A stretch of 64,000 bases of DNA, from positions 1 to 64,000 of the forward strand of contig CAVSSM010000001.1 in assembly GCA_963730605.1 (NCBI GenBank), written 5' to 3'. This DNA comes from an uncultured Chlamydiae bacterium. GTDB taxonomy: Bacteria; Chlamydiota; Chlamydiia; Chlamydiales; SM23-39. Position numbers and translations under genes: made by a program. The notes under the pieces are model-generated. The model made no database searches. It saw only the letters and a program-made list of their open reading frames with translations, and had not been told where the DNA came from. Positions 1 to 10,799 of the stretch are shown here, piece after piece. Every line of letters begins with the position of its first letter. Within the stretch, counting starts at the first letter, position 1.

Positions 1-1548
1 TTCTGTATAGGCAATATTAAACCCATAGTTACCATCTTCCGAGTGAAGGGTGTTATTCGTAAAAAGATAAGATGCGTTTGAGATGGGATTAGTAGTTATT
101 GATGTTCACACACGCAGCTTGATACATGATCGTATTTGAAGAAGCAGAAACAGTCCCTGTGACGTTGTCGAGCTCAATTCCGTTATAAGTTGTGCTATTT
201 CCCTGGACGTAGTTTTGTATAAGGGTGGCATTACTTGATCCGCTAGCCAAAATCCCAGCGCCAGCTGTGTTTTGAATGTAGAAGCCTGAAACAACGTTAT
301 TATTTCCTAGCGTCACAACAGCTCCTGCTCCATTGCTAAGAAGGGGAGGCATTGTTTCCAGAGGCTTGCGCAGGTAGGGTGATCTGGCCTGCTGTCGTTA
401 TCAGAGCTTGATTAATTGTAGCTCCAAGGAGTTGTTGTCCATTTTTTAGTGTGACCCCACTTGATAGACCTATGCTTGTTAAGTCTCCTGGGTAGACATA
501 GATGATATCATTGGCCTGAGAGGCGCTTTCTGCCGCAGCGAGTGTTGAAAACGGACTCTCATAGGTCCCTGCTGAGTGACTTAAGTTATTGACAAAGTAT
601 ACGGTATAAGGTTGTCCTGTAGCTGGATTGATCGCTAGTTTTTTATTTTTCTTGGTCGTTACGGGGATGATCTCGCTTTTCCCGACAGGCTCGATCATTC
701 GTTGGCACAAGAGGTAATTATCCATGCAAGAACGCCCCTTGCTCTCTCTTACCTTTCCTTTCGGTCCTAATGGTAAAGAAAGGAATACTTGTCCTTGGAC
801 GATATTTTTAAAGGTATGGTCGTAAGAATAGCTCAACTCGGCTCCGACGTATTCTTTCCACATCGCTTTAGCACGTGTTTGCCCTCCCCACACGGCACCT
901 CCAACAGGCCCTTTCAAGTAGTAGGGGCCGATTCCGGTATAGAGAGTAACGTCTTTCATTTTTAATGGATAAAAGCCTACTTCTGCATTTCCCCCTGAAA
1001 GGGCATACTGAAATTTCTGAGTGTAGAAGATGTTATTGCCTGCAAATTGACTAAACTGGGTGTCATATGGTCGGCTTTGTCGACTTCCAACAACGGCATA
1101 TCCGTTGAAGCGCAGATCCCAAAAGGTTCCTAATGTTTCTAAGCCGAAGCTTACTTGGTTATAGCCTTTGCGTTTAGTATCGCGATAGTCGTAATAGGCA
1201 TAAGCGCCGTAGACACGGTCTTTCAGGAGAGAGCGTAGCCCAAGGCCAGCATTTGCAGCCCAATGGCCATCGTTAAAAATATGTCCTCTTAAATCAACAA
1301 ATGGCATTACAGGCCAGAGGTCTGTAGGAGCTGCTAAGAATGCTTCCAGAGTTGTGTAGCCGGTGTTGTAGCCAATCCCTTTATTTTCAATATGGCGAGC
1401 TGAGATGCGGAAGGGTTGACACTCGATCATTACATGTTGGCTGGGAGGAAGGGCTTTTTGATGGATTCGCTGCTTCAATAGTGCTGTAAGGCAAGGAGAT
1501 GCAGACTAAGGGCAGAATAAATAACTTTTTGAGCGAATCGTTGAGCAT
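1..1548 (-). CDS. Inverse-autotransporter-type beta-barrel outer membrane protein with beta-helix-like passenger (frameshifted; runs off the left edge)
   Basis: ATG at 1548 gives a signal-peptide-like start (MLNDSLKKLFILPLVCISLPYSTIEA). ORF 336-1478 has barrel motifs (DLRGHIFNDGHWAANAGLGLR, YYDYR, QVSFGLE, WDLRFNGY) then VYFVNN..GTYESPF..DIIYVYPG and Asn/Gly/Ser-rich repeats continuing in ORF 89-352 and beyond. Confidence 0.75.
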
Positions 1549-1618
1549 AGAAGGTCCCTTGTTTTAAACCCTCTATATTTTTTTTTGATTTATAAGTAAA
1601 TGTTTTTTATATATCGCC

Positions 1619-1861
1619 CTAAAGTCCATTCAGCATATTCTTGCTAGTTTTGATGAGTTCCATCACCTCTTTGTGCTTCGCCTTGGCTTCTTTGGTATAA
1701 CCTCCATGCTTGAGGACAGCGTGACGCGCGTGCTCTCTCCCTGCTAGTGTTTTTGGCCCTCTAGAACATCCACCATGCATCCGGCAGGTTGTCCTCTTCC
1801 GGACAGCCCAATTTCGACACTGCCGTCTTGATCTTTTGCTTGTAGCTATACATTGTCCCAT
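1619..1861 (-). CDS. HGGxSTG-domain protein
   Basis: C-x9-C..CRMHGGCSRGPKT..G...LKHG motif pattern typical of this mobile-element family. Confidence 0.85.
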   Translation of the reverse strand: MGQCIATSKRSRRQCRNWAVRKRTTCRMHGGCSRGPKTLAGREHARHAVLKHGGYTKEAKAKHKEVMELIKTSKNMLNGL

Positions 1862-1873
1862 GATGCAAGGGGT

Positions 1874-2503
1874 TCAATCCAAGGATTTTTTCCCCATCCC
1901 TCCCCCCGCCGCTGAAACATTCTGAGCAACAATTGCCTGCCCCTCATTGTGAACATGGACCACTTGCACGGTTTGTTGGCCTCTGGTTCGGTATTTCAAC
2001 AGGGCTTGCATAGTCTGGTTTGCCACGTTGAAAAGTTTGGTCGATAAATTGATGTAGCGCTCTATATGGTAAAAACCCTCTTGGAAATGGGCTTGACGTA
2101 AGCAATCCATGGCCGAGTTTTGCAAAGTCAAAAATTGCCCTGCAAGAAGTGCTTCAGTCTCATCTTGTGGCCTGAGAGTGGGGAGTAATGAAGACATACG
2201 AGTCAAGCGCTGTTCTTCCGTTGAGTCACACATGCCACGAGACACTTGTGCAAGCAGAGCAACGGAATAATTGAAATCACCAGCGCCCGTGGTCTTTTTG
2301 AAAGCTTCAACAAACCGTCCCTTTGATTCATGGGTCAGTCTCGTACCATCCGACAAAACTAAATCCAACTGCCCCTTACTCAATTTATCATCCGACCCTT
2401 TCTGAAATTTTAGGGACGGCCCTAACGGCTCTACACTCATCGGCAGTTTTTGCGGTAGGTCGGCATTAACAACAGCCTTTTGCTCTTGTACATTCTCTTT
2501 CAT
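1874..2503 (-). CDS. Hypothetical protein of the type that accompanies HGGxSTG genes
   Basis: 209-aa ORF with P(Q)DETEALLAGQ and C-terminal RGQQTVQVVHVHNEGQAIV. Confidence 0.7.
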   Translation of the reverse strand: MKENVQEQKAVVNADLPQKLPMSVEPLGPSLKFQKGSDDKLSKGQLDLVLSDGTRLTHESKGRFVEAFKKTTGAGDFNYSVALLAQVSRGMCDSTEEQRLTRMSSLLPTLRPQDETEALLAGQFLTLQNSAMDCLRQAHFQEGFYHIERYINLSTKLFNVANQTMQALLKYRTRGQQTVQVVHVHNEGQAIVAQNVSAAGGGMGKKSLD

Positions 2504-2518
2504 ATTTTTCGCTCCCTT

Positions 2519-2755
2519 GGTAACGCTTCAAAGTTACCGCTTAACAGTTTCATAAATAACACATTACAGATGTCGGTAGCTGGTAACATCAATTTACATC
2601 TATTCTTTGAACAATGTGGCAGTAAACTTACCCACGCCCCCATTTCACTTTGCCGCAGAAATTCTCTGCTACCGCGCTACTGTAAAAATATAACAATATA
2701 AGCCACAATATATTACACCTAAAAATCAAGCGTTACCTTGTGGTAACATAGTAGC
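2519..2755. repeat. Cluster of G(T/C)TACC-type hexamers in both orientations; putative iteron origin of the element
   Basis: GGTAAC 2519, GTTACC 2533, GGTAGC 2575, GGTAAC 2582, CTTACC 2627, GCTACC 2668, GCTACT 2676, GTTACC 2732, GGTAAC 2742, AGTAGC 2750, with AT-rich stretches between, directly downstream of the helicase gene. Confidence 0.55.
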
Positions 2756-2757
2756 GT

Positions 2758-4323
2758 TCACACACACAAAACCCGTTCCACTGGAATCAAGACACAACGC
2801 TGATTGATACCGGCCATTTTCACCTGAGCACTCCCAACCGCACCTTCGATCCTCGCCAAAGGACTCCGGATGTCCAAGACAGCGTACTCCGTATCCTTGA
2901 GTAGGTGCCTCGTCACACTTTCGCATCGAAGCGCCAAAAAATCTTTCGATTTGTGCATTACCATCTTCAGTCCGTATCGCTCCAATTCATCAACGTAGCG
3001 CCCAGCCTTTTGCAGCATCTCTCCGACAGAAACCTTGTTGCCATCGACATAGATAAGGCTCGCCAAAATCGTATCAAGAAGCTTATCGCCGTCATCTTCT
3101 GATTGAAGGGTCGCCCATCTTGGGAAAATATCCTCTAGTCCCTCAGGGGCCACTACCGCTAACAGCGCAGAAGCATACATGAAGTTTTCCACAGTACGAA
3201 CCTCGATCCCCTGCTGCTCTTGTATGAATACCTGCTCGATCTGCATTGATCTCTTGCGCCTTTGCCTCAATCTCAAGCCACGCAAGAATCATTGTCACCA
3301 CGATTTTGGCTGCAATAACAGCTCCTTCTCCGACACCAAATCGTTCAAGAGGAGGCGAAGCATTCGTCAGCTTTTTCAGCTCGAATTTGATGATCCTCGA
3401 CTCCTGTGCCGCATCCTGCATAACCTTCTTAGGCAAATAGATCGATCCGAACCAAGGTATGTGATGCAAATGAAACCGATGCGCCTTATCGGAGCCCGTG
3501 CCGCTGGTTTTTTGACCACCTCGGTTGAAGAGTTTAGCCAGCTCAAGGATGTCAGGAATGTGCTTATGCTTCTCGAACTCGTCGAACACGGGGATGCGAC
3601 CGCTATTACCGATGGTTTGGGCAGTGGCATGTGCCGTACTCTTGTCCAAACGCTCAACCTGTCCGCCATAGATGCCCTGCAAAATGTCCTCGAAAAAAGT
3701 GGACTTGCCGGTTGACTTCGCCCCCGTTAGATAAATCCAAGGCCGCCAGGGCATGGCTTGCTGCATAATCGACAACATGACGAAAGCTGTTACAAAGGCA
3801 CTCATTGATGGATCTATCCAATTCCATTGTTTTACTCTGGCCATAAATGAGATTGAAAACGCTCTTTAGATCGCTATGCTCCATTCGCATAGCCTCTTCA
3901 ACGTATTGACCAATTCAACCAAGACGCCCCTTCTGTTTCGATCAATTTACCTTCAAAGATAGGCTCTTCGAGATACTGCAACCGATTTCCTTCGACGATG
4001 GCAGCTTTCTTGCCAGAGATAATCAACCACCTCTTGTTGATGCACCAAACACCCGCTTTCAAAGGCGCCTGATCGTCAATAAATCCCTTCTTGTGCGCCG
4101 TGTCGATCAGTTGGAGCTTGAGTGCCTTTTCTGCACCCTCCTCCCGAAACCATTCGGAATCACCCCCAACATAGAGCCGAAGTTCATCCTTGTTCAACCG
4201 CCCTGCAGGAAGCGCTATGAGACGTCCATCTTTCCAAATCAAAATCTCGCGTTGGGCATTGTGGCCAAGGACATAGAAAGGTAGCTTGACCTCCGTCTCT
4301 TCAGCCATCTCAAGCAGCCGCAC
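2758..4323 (-). CDS. P-loop NTPase, putative replicative helicase of the element (split over ORFs 3898-4323, 3143-3844, 2758-3285)
   Basis: Walker A LTGAKSTGKS and Walker B PVFDEFE; consecutive overlapping frames indicate one frameshifted gene. Confidence 0.65.
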
Positions 4324-4324
4324 A

Positions 4325-4817
4325 CTATTCCGCAGCTGCTATGATTTCTTCCATCAAAACACCCTGCGCTTTGTCGCGGACATCCAATTGTTCCGACCTC
4401 ATTTTTACGTCAGGGTCTTCTAGAGAAAGTCCTCTTGCCTCCATCTCGCGTTCAAAGGCCGTGCGATCAACGAGCAAGGCGGTAGATTCGACGTAATGCC
4501 TCTTCTCCAAGATATCGATTTGCGTCCATACTTTGTCCGCTTGTTGACCTCTCTCATCCTTGCAAAAATAGTCGTCCTGAAAAGGCGTTAAGGTAACACC
4601 GATGTGCTTCTTGTTTAAAAGTGTTTCAATCGTCTCTTTAGTCCTCGCAGGACAGCTCCAAGCTCCCTGCTGCCGGCTGCCAATGACAACCGGCCGCTTT
4701 TAAATCATTCTTTACCACCTTTAAAGCCTTCACCGCCCCTTTCTTGGGATAGATCAAAAAGGCATTTGCCGATATTGGGTCTGGTGGTGTATCCGTAGGT
4801 GTAGTATTATCGCTCAT
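4325..4817 (-). CDS. Small hypothetical protein(s) of the element, probably frameshifted
   Basis: ATG at 4817 (MSDNTTPTDTPPDP...) and ORF 4325-4510 on the same strand. Confidence 0.4.
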
Positions 4818-5037
4818 TAAAAAGTCTCGTTCTTGTGGTTGATAAAAGTCCCTCCCAAGTTGACGCTTGGGAGGAACAAGGCTTAAAGTCCTAAGATTTC
4901 AGCCACTTTGCGCGCTTCAGTTTCGTACTTTCTGGGCACTGACTGAGGCGCTTTTTTTGCCATTCATATTCAATCCAGATCACTTTTACGAGTGCTGCAC
5001 ACGACCCGATTGCATCTTGATCTTTCTTGACATTTCC

Positions 5038-5311
5038 TTAGCATCTTCTACCTCCTTTATGGGCATATTGGTTTTGCGATTGAGAAAGACGAGCTAAGCA
5101 GGCATCCCATGCAACCTGATCGATAAGAACCCGTCTGTTGATATCTGAGAATAGCGGAGGCAAAAGGACTTTGCTCCCCTTGTTGAACGATGGCACGCAC
5201 TGCGTGCTCGCTAGAAGGCCATGCCCCTGTCTCGCGGTTCTTTTGGCAAAACTCGCGTACAGTGCGAACGATTTTGTTATTGGTAATTTCTGATGTTTGA
5301 ATTGTTGTCAT
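5038..5311 (-). CDS. Excisionase/AlpA-like small DNA-binding protein (one frameshift)
   Basis: MTTIQ...TVREFCQKN..WPSSEHAVRAIV...SAILR continues in another frame as INRRVLIDQVAWDACL. Size and position downstream of the integrase fit. Confidence 0.55.
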
Positions 5312-5459
5312 TACACGCTCCTTTATTTGGTTTTTCCGCGTATGCCCTCATTTTACTTATTTTAGGCCAGCGGCAAAGGAGTCGTCTAAAAATAGACGTT
5401 TAGATAGGAGGAGGTTGCATGGAGGGGAAAATTTTTATAAAAAATCCCCTCTTCTAAAT

Positions 5460-6723
5460 TTAAACACCCCCCTCTTCGATAGAATAGCCTTTCTTGAAGC
5501 CTAGGCAACGACCGTTTTCCCAATGACGAGGATCGGTTGCTTTGGCCGCTTTAGCATAACGAGCAGACACATCACGATAAAGTCGGATACCACGAGCTTT
5601 AACCTCCTGCCTGATTTTATTCGCTATATCATTCTGAGAAAGGTTCTTTAGCGCCTGCAACGGAACATTGTGCACAGCCTGACGCCAAATCTTCCTTCCA
5701 ATGGAATCAAGTATTTTTGATCAGCTTCTTCTTTCCACGTATGACCATGCGTCTTTTTAGCAACATCAGATGGAGGGGCTCTACGCTCTCTTGCGAAGTA
5801 GATTGCGTTGCTGCTGCACCCGTCTTCGCTCTCTCTGAAAAGAAAAAGAATTGATTGATGACAATGTTGACCTGTATGGGAGATTTTGCATCGTTCGGTG
5901 TATCGAACTCAAGCCTTTGCTCGAGCATATACAGAAACCGATCTATCCATTTGATCAATTCGACAATGGATAGAGGATGCTTCCTAGAGTCGGGCGATCT
6001 GAATGCGCTGAGGTAATACCCTACAGTAGCTTGGTATTGCCTCTCCTCTAATTGGAGTAGATTTTTTGGCAAACTATCGACAGTCGGTCGAGCTGGTAGT
6101 GTAAGGGGGGTAAACGTTGGATAGAGAGATAATATTTTCAAGAATCGAAGTAGGCACGGCAGAGAAGTATCCGCCTTTTCTTTCCATTGGTGCAACTGTT
6201 GATCGGGAGGAAGTGAGTTAAGGCTCTTGTCCACATAATCAGGCCAATCAAAAACCTCCACAGAGCAACCACGCTTTTTCTCGGTCCGCATCCAACCTTC
6301 GAATAGGAGGCAATTTTTTTCTTCTTTGGCAACTTCCGAATACAAGTGTCTGAGTTGAAAAAGAAGGCTGCCAGCATAGCCATTGGCATTAAGAGACAGG
6401 GTGTGAAAGTTGAGTAGCGCGTTTACATCAGCCATCGCAAATGAGTCAGGCGCCCATTTGACGTGCGGTAACAAAATTCTGATTTTCTCATGGAACCATG
6501 CCACGGCTTTTTCGAGATTTTCAAAAGCAATGCGATCTTCCTCTGCTAGCTCGGTTTCTGCGGAAGCTATGATACAATCGATATGGGGCTGACGGCGAAC
6601 CTTTGCAATGAGAGCCCCGAGATGGGTTAGCGCTCCTCCAATCGTTTCCGAGGTTTTGATGAGGTTGAATTCCGTAGAGATCGCATCTCGTAAACAGCGC
6701 TTATCCTTTTGCTTCGCTTCCAT
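5460..6723 (-). CDS. Hypothetical protein (ORFs 5707-6729 and 5460-5675 possibly one frameshifted gene)
   Basis: Long ORF immediately downstream of the integrase; no recognisable motif. Confidence 0.55.
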
Positions 6724-6731
6724 TGTCACTC

Positions 6732-7796
6732 CTAATTCAATAAATTTGCCTGTGTGCGTTCCATCACGTTTGCGATGTGTTTCTGGCTATAGTGGGCATA
6801 ACGCCTAGTCATTGTCGGCGTTTTATGTCCCAGAATGGCCATTAATTCTCCCTGCGTTGCACCACTCATCGCTAAAAAAGATGCCGCAGCATGCCTGAGG
6901 TCGTGAAACCGAAAATTTGGAATTTTTGCTCGATGAAGAGCTTTTACAAACGCATTCCGAATGTCTACCAATCCTGATCGATTGGTTGGACTGGTCGGTT
7001 TGAAAATCAGTCCAGATGCTATATCGGTCTTCTGCCAATTGACCAAAATCTTTTCTACCGTATCAGTTAAAGGGAGAACTCTTCTTTCCCCATTTTTTGT
7101 TTTTTCAAGAGTGATAGTCCGATTCTGACGATCGACGTCTTCCCATTTCAATCCAACAATTTCTCCAAATCGCATCCCTGTCAAAAGAGCCAAAGAAACA
7201 ATAGGAAAAAGATGGGGATTAGGGGAAAGCTTGCATTCCTGTAAAAGACGATCCTTCTCTTCTAGGCTAAGAAGCCGATTCCTTCCGTTCCCTTCAGATG
7301 GCTTTGAGACTTTTCTCATGGGGGTGTCATCAATCCATCCCCACTCTTTCATCGCAATAGTCAAAGCTCTCGAAAAAGCAGCTAGATATCGGTTAACCGT
7401 CGCTGGGTTTCGTAACTTTTGCCTAGTAGTGACCTCCGAGAGCAAAGAATCTCTCGCTTCAGCGATAACGGATGGAGTTAAATCCGCTAGGAGTAAATGG
7501 CCGAGCCTATCTTTCCACCAAGCAAGATAAGCCGTCTGTCTCACTACTCTCTCAGGAAACTGCGGCAACCACTGAGAAACGAACCTATCTATTAAATCTT
7601 TGACCGTATGCTTTTTGGCTTCAGCGATTCGAAAATGCCTACCGTCTCTAATCGACGATTCCGTGTCCTGAACCCATTTCTTTGCTAAAGTCCTGGTTCG
7701 GAAACTCTCCCTTTGAGGAGGGTAACCTTTTAGGCGGACTTCTGCATGGTAAGTGATTGTTCCGTCGTCCTTCTTGTATTCCCGAATTGTTGCCAT
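6732..7796 (-). CDS. Tyrosine recombinase / site-specific integrase
   Basis: Catalytic set TGMR, KTKNG, FHDLRH, LGH, RRYAH; N-terminal arm-binding-like region. Confidence 0.97.
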   Translation of the reverse strand: MATIREYKKDDGTITYHAEVRLKGYPPQRESFRTRTLAKKWVQDTESSIRDGRHFRIAEAKKHTVKDLIDRFVSQWLPQFPERVVRQTAYLAWWKDRLGHLLLADLTPSVIAEARDSLLSEVTTRQKLRNPATVNRYLAAFSRALTIAMKEWGWIDDTPMRKVSKPSEGNGRNRLLSLEEKDRLLQECKLSPNPHLFPIVSLALLTGMRFGEIVGLKWEDVDRQNRTITLEKTKNGERRVLPLTDTVEKILVNWQKTDIASGLIFKPTSPTNRSGLVDIRNAFVKALHRAKIPNFRFHDLRHAAASFLAMSGATQGELMAILGHKTPTMTRRYAHYSQKHIANVMERTQANLLN

Positions 7797-7926
7797 GACC
7801 CTCCAGATGCAAAGGGGTCATTCTAGAAAACACTGGAATAAACAGCAACAAGAGACGTATATTCTCACAGCCTTCAAGATGCATATACCTGATATTCAAT
7901 GATAAATAGATATTGCTATGTGCTGA

Positions 7927-7944
7927 TTACGCACTTATTACGCA
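7927..7944 (+). promoter_or_regulatory. TTACGCA-N4-TTACGCA tandem; putative integrase arm-type site
   Basis: Heptamers at 7927 and 7938; inverted counterpart at 9334/9345. Confidence 0.5.
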
Positions 7945-8132
7945 TTACAAGAATGTTTTACCATGTCCTGTCGCAAGGATTCCAGAGGGAGATGCTAAAT
8001 CTCCAAAAAACGAGTTGTTAAAATTCATACCCTTAGATATCCTCGTATTTAACTGTTTTTAAGACACTTACAATATATTGTGTTAAACTTTTGACGCTAC
8101 GGATGTTAAAGATCGACGGGAGGGGATGTTAA

Positions 8133-9281
8133 ATGACAAAGGCCGAATTTAAACACTATGACTTGACCTTGGTAGAGCCTACTTTTGACTCTCCTTTAAC
8201 GGACCTTATCATCGATTTGAACCATCTTCGAAAAAAACGTTTAGATGGGACGACTCCTTCCCAGGTTTTCTTCAACCTCAAGAGCATTTTTCATATGCTG
8301 GAGAGTATCGGCTCAGCTCGCATCGAGGGAAATAACACCTCGCTTCTTGAGTATATAGAGACCAAGTTGGAAGAGAAGGTTGATGTGCCTATGGGGGTCA
8401 AAGAGATCCAAAACATCGAAAGTGCCATGGATTTCATTGAAAACAACGTAAAAAAGCATCCGATCAATCGAGCTTTTGTCAGCGAAATTCATAGAATGGT
8501 TGTCGAGGGATTACCCACTTCGCCAAAGGGAGAGGGGGATAAAACTCCAGGTCAATACAGGAAGTCAAATTTACAAATCACAAAATCTAAGCATCTACCG
8601 CCAGAGTGGGTACTCGTTGATGAATATATGAATGAATTATTCGACTTCATCAATCAGGACAGCGGCGCAAAATTCGATCTGTTAAAAACAGCGATTGCTC
8701 ACCATCGATTCGTATGGATACATCCATTTGGCAATGGCAACGGACGCACAGTACGTTTATTCACTTACGCAATGTTGATCAAGCTCGGCTTCAATGTAAA
8801 CGTAGGGAGAATCATCAACCCTACGGCCGTTTTCTGTAATCATCGAAACAATTACTACAAATACCTCGAACAGGCTGATACTGGAGAAAAATCGGGCATT
8901 CTGGCTTGGTGTGAATACGTGCTCCGCGGTCTAAAAGAGGAGATCGAAAAAATCGACAAGCTTCTCGACTATGACTATCTAGCCAAGGAAATTTTGGTAC
9001 CCACAATCAACCACTCTCTCGAAAGAAAGTATATCACAGATGTCGAGGCAAAAATATTGAGAATGGCTGTCGAGAAAAAAATGATCCAATCGAGTGACTT
9101 GAAAGAGATCTTTCAAGGAAAACACGGCGCAGAACTGTCTCGACAAATCAAGAGGCTTGTGGATAAGAAAATGCTTCAACGCATCGGCTTCAAAGACTAC
9201 GTCATCAGTTTTGGCGACAACTACTTACTTCGAAGCATCATGAAGGTGCTGGGAGACAAAGGATTTTCTGCCTCACCTTGA
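8133..9281 (+). CDS. Fic-domain protein (class II-like, with N-terminal inhibitory motif)
   Basis: HPFGNGNGRTVR Fic motif; SARIEGN matches (S/T)xxxE(G/N). Confidence 0.95.
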   Translation: MTKAEFKHYDLTLVEPTFDSPLTDLIIDLNHLRKKRLDGTTPSQVFFNLKSIFHMLESIGSARIEGNNTSLLEYIETKLEEKVDVPMGVKEIQNIESAMDFIENNVKKHPINRAFVSEIHRMVVEGLPTSPKGEGDKTPGQYRKSNLQITKSKHLPPEWVLVDEYMNELFDFINQDSGAKFDLLKTAIAHHRFVWIHPFGNGNGRTVRLFTYAMLIKLGFNVNVGRIINPTAVFCNHRNNYYKYLEQADTGEKSGILAWCEYVLRGLKEEIEKIDKLLDYDYLAKEILVPTINHSLERKYITDVEAKILRMAVEKKMIQSSDLKEIFQGKHGAELSRQIKRLVDKKMLQRIGFKDYVISFGDNYLLRSIMKVLGDKGFSASP

Positions 9282-9333
9282 TGGAAAATAGAAGGTCTTT
9301 CGAGAAATTTTACTCCAGTTTCATCCTATCTAG

Positions 9334-9351
9334 TGCGTAAAAATTGCGTAA
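9334..9351 (-). promoter_or_regulatory. TTACGCA-N4-TTACGCA tandem on the minus strand; putative arm-type site next to the att core
   Basis: TGCGTAA at 9334 and 9345 on the plus strand, about 60 bp from the core at 9408. Confidence 0.5.
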
Positions 9352-9407
9352 ATGGACGTGAAATTTGAGTTGATTTGTCTATATAAACTAGCTCACCACC
9401 CAACCCT

Positions 9408-9428
9408 GTTCGATTCTCTCCACCTCCA
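9408..9428 (+). repeat. att-like duplicate of the tmRNA (ssrA) 3' end, copy 1
   Basis: GTTCGATTCTCTCCACCTCCA is a T-loop plus acceptor strand, matching the chlamydial tmRNA 3' end as I recall it (…GTTCGACTCTCTCCACCTCCACCA). Confidence 0.8.
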
Positions 9429-9437
9429 AAACACAAG

Positions 9438-9463
9438 GCCGGGAAATATCCCGGCTTTTTTTT
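9438..9463 (+). terminator. Intrinsic terminator after att copy 1
   Basis: GCCGGGA-AATA-TCCCGGC followed by T8. Confidence 0.85.
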
Positions 9464-9596
9464 ATTGCATTCAGAACATTTTTGTGTTAAACATGATCCG
9501 TTCGTTAGGGATCATATGCCCATCTCTCTTCTTCAAAATCCGATTTAAGGCTTCACTTTTCGGAGTGAGGCTTTTTGTTTTAATGACATACAACGA

Positions 9597-9680
9597 GAAG
9601 AAGGATTGCTCAAGCACGTTGAGAAATTTCTATCTGAATTAGGTCAGAGCTTTTCTTTTGTTGGTAGGCAAGTCAATTTA
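9597..9680 (+). pseudogene. Remnant of a YhcG/DUF1016 PD-(D/E)XK gene
   Basis: Frame reads EEGLLKHVEKFLSELGQSFSFVGRQVNL, the typical LxxHxxxFLxELGxGFxFVGRQ segment. Confidence 0.65.
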
Positions 9681-9711
9681 CTTACAAATTTCACCCAAAA
9701 CCAGGCGCAAA

Positions 9712-10260
9712 ATGTCTTCATCCCAGCAAATAATTGATCAAACGATAATCTGGATCAATAAAGTAGTGGTAGCCTGTAACTTCTGTCCTTTTGCCGCTAA
9801 GACCTTACAACACAATAATGTTCATTACCAGGTTGAAGCCAATACGGATGTAACTTTATGCCTGGATGCTTTTTTAAAGGAAATTGCCCGCTTGGATAAA
9901 GAACTCCACATTGAAACTAGTTTTCTAATCTTTTCCAACGCTTTTCAACAATTTGATGATTACCTGAATCTGGTATCCATCGCTGAGCATTTATTAAAAG
10001 AAAAAGGATATACGGGAGTTTATCAACTAGCAAGTTTTCATCCAATGTACCGGTTTGCCAGTTCAGTAAAAAATGATGCGGCTGATTATACTAACAGATC
10101 CATTTATCCGATGCTGCATATTTTACGGGAATCCAGTATTGACAAAGCAGTAAAACACTATGAAAACCCGGAAAATATTCCAGAACGCAATGTTGACTTT
10201 GCCAGGAAAAAAGGATTGACCTTTATGAAATTGCTGAGAGATTCCTGCATCAATTCATGA
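9712..10260 (+). CDS. DUF1415-family protein
   Basis: WINKVVVACNFCPFA, YQLASFHP, DYTNRSIYPMLHILRE, IPERN. Confidence 0.85.
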   Translation: MSSSQQIIDQTIIWINKVVVACNFCPFAAKTLQHNNVHYQVEANTDVTLCLDAFLKEIARLDKELHIETSFLIFSNAFQQFDDYLNLVSIAEHLLKEKGYTGVYQLASFHPMYRFASSVKNDAADYTNRSIYPMLHILRESSIDKAVKHYENPENIPERNVDFARKKGLTFMKLLRDSCINS

Positions 10261-10275
10261 TATACCACGCCCGCT

Positions 10276-10700
10276 TAGGTTGTGTGAATTTTGACAGCGG
10301 ATTTTGCGTTCCAGTAGCGTTGCGGAGATCGCCGTAAACTTTAGTATGTTAACAAGATCGAGCAATGCGCTGGGGCGCAAAAGGCGCTCAACAAAATTCA
10401 CTCAAAATGAGTGGGCGCGGTATAGTATTATATCCGTTATCGATCCTCAGCTTCAGGCCACCTGCGATCCCCTTGGCGATAGAGCCGTACACATTCTTCA
10501 CCGCCTGAGTAACGGGCTCTAGAGCAGCGAACCTGTCTCCTATCTTGCAGACGGTCCAGCCAAGACACTCGGCATTCCAGTGTTCCTCCACTGAGAAGAC
10601 CCATACCCAGCCGTCATCTACCGTGAAGATTTTGGTTCCATCAGAGCACCACATGATATTGGGTTCATTAGTGATGATCGTCCCATCATGAGGATCCTGA
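10276..10700 (-). pseudogene. IS3-family transposase (integrase-core) remnant
   Basis: HDGTIITNEPNIMWCSDGT...WVFSVEEHWNAECLGW...LKLRIDNG; truncated at the 5' end and internally deleted. Confidence 0.75.
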
Positions 10701-10799
10701 GATGGAGAACGACTAGAGCTTTTTCATCAAAGAGTAGCAGAAACAATCTCGCAAATCAATCGGATCAGCCTGTCCTTGAATCTTTAAAATTTAGCGTGT

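Larger units (their letters stand above)
1619..9428. mobile_element. Integrative, phage-satellite-like element ending at an ssrA-derived att core; left boundary probably outside the window
   Basis: Co-oriented minus-strand module: integrase, hypothetical, excisionase-like, small ORFs, P-loop helicase, iteron region, hypothetical, HGGxSTG. Then Fic and an att-like core at 9408-9428. No virion genes seen. Confidence 0.75.

Noticed and set aside
9370..9430. Complete tRNA or tmRNA gene
   Set aside because: Only the T-loop and 3' acceptor strand are present; there is no matching 5' half upstream.
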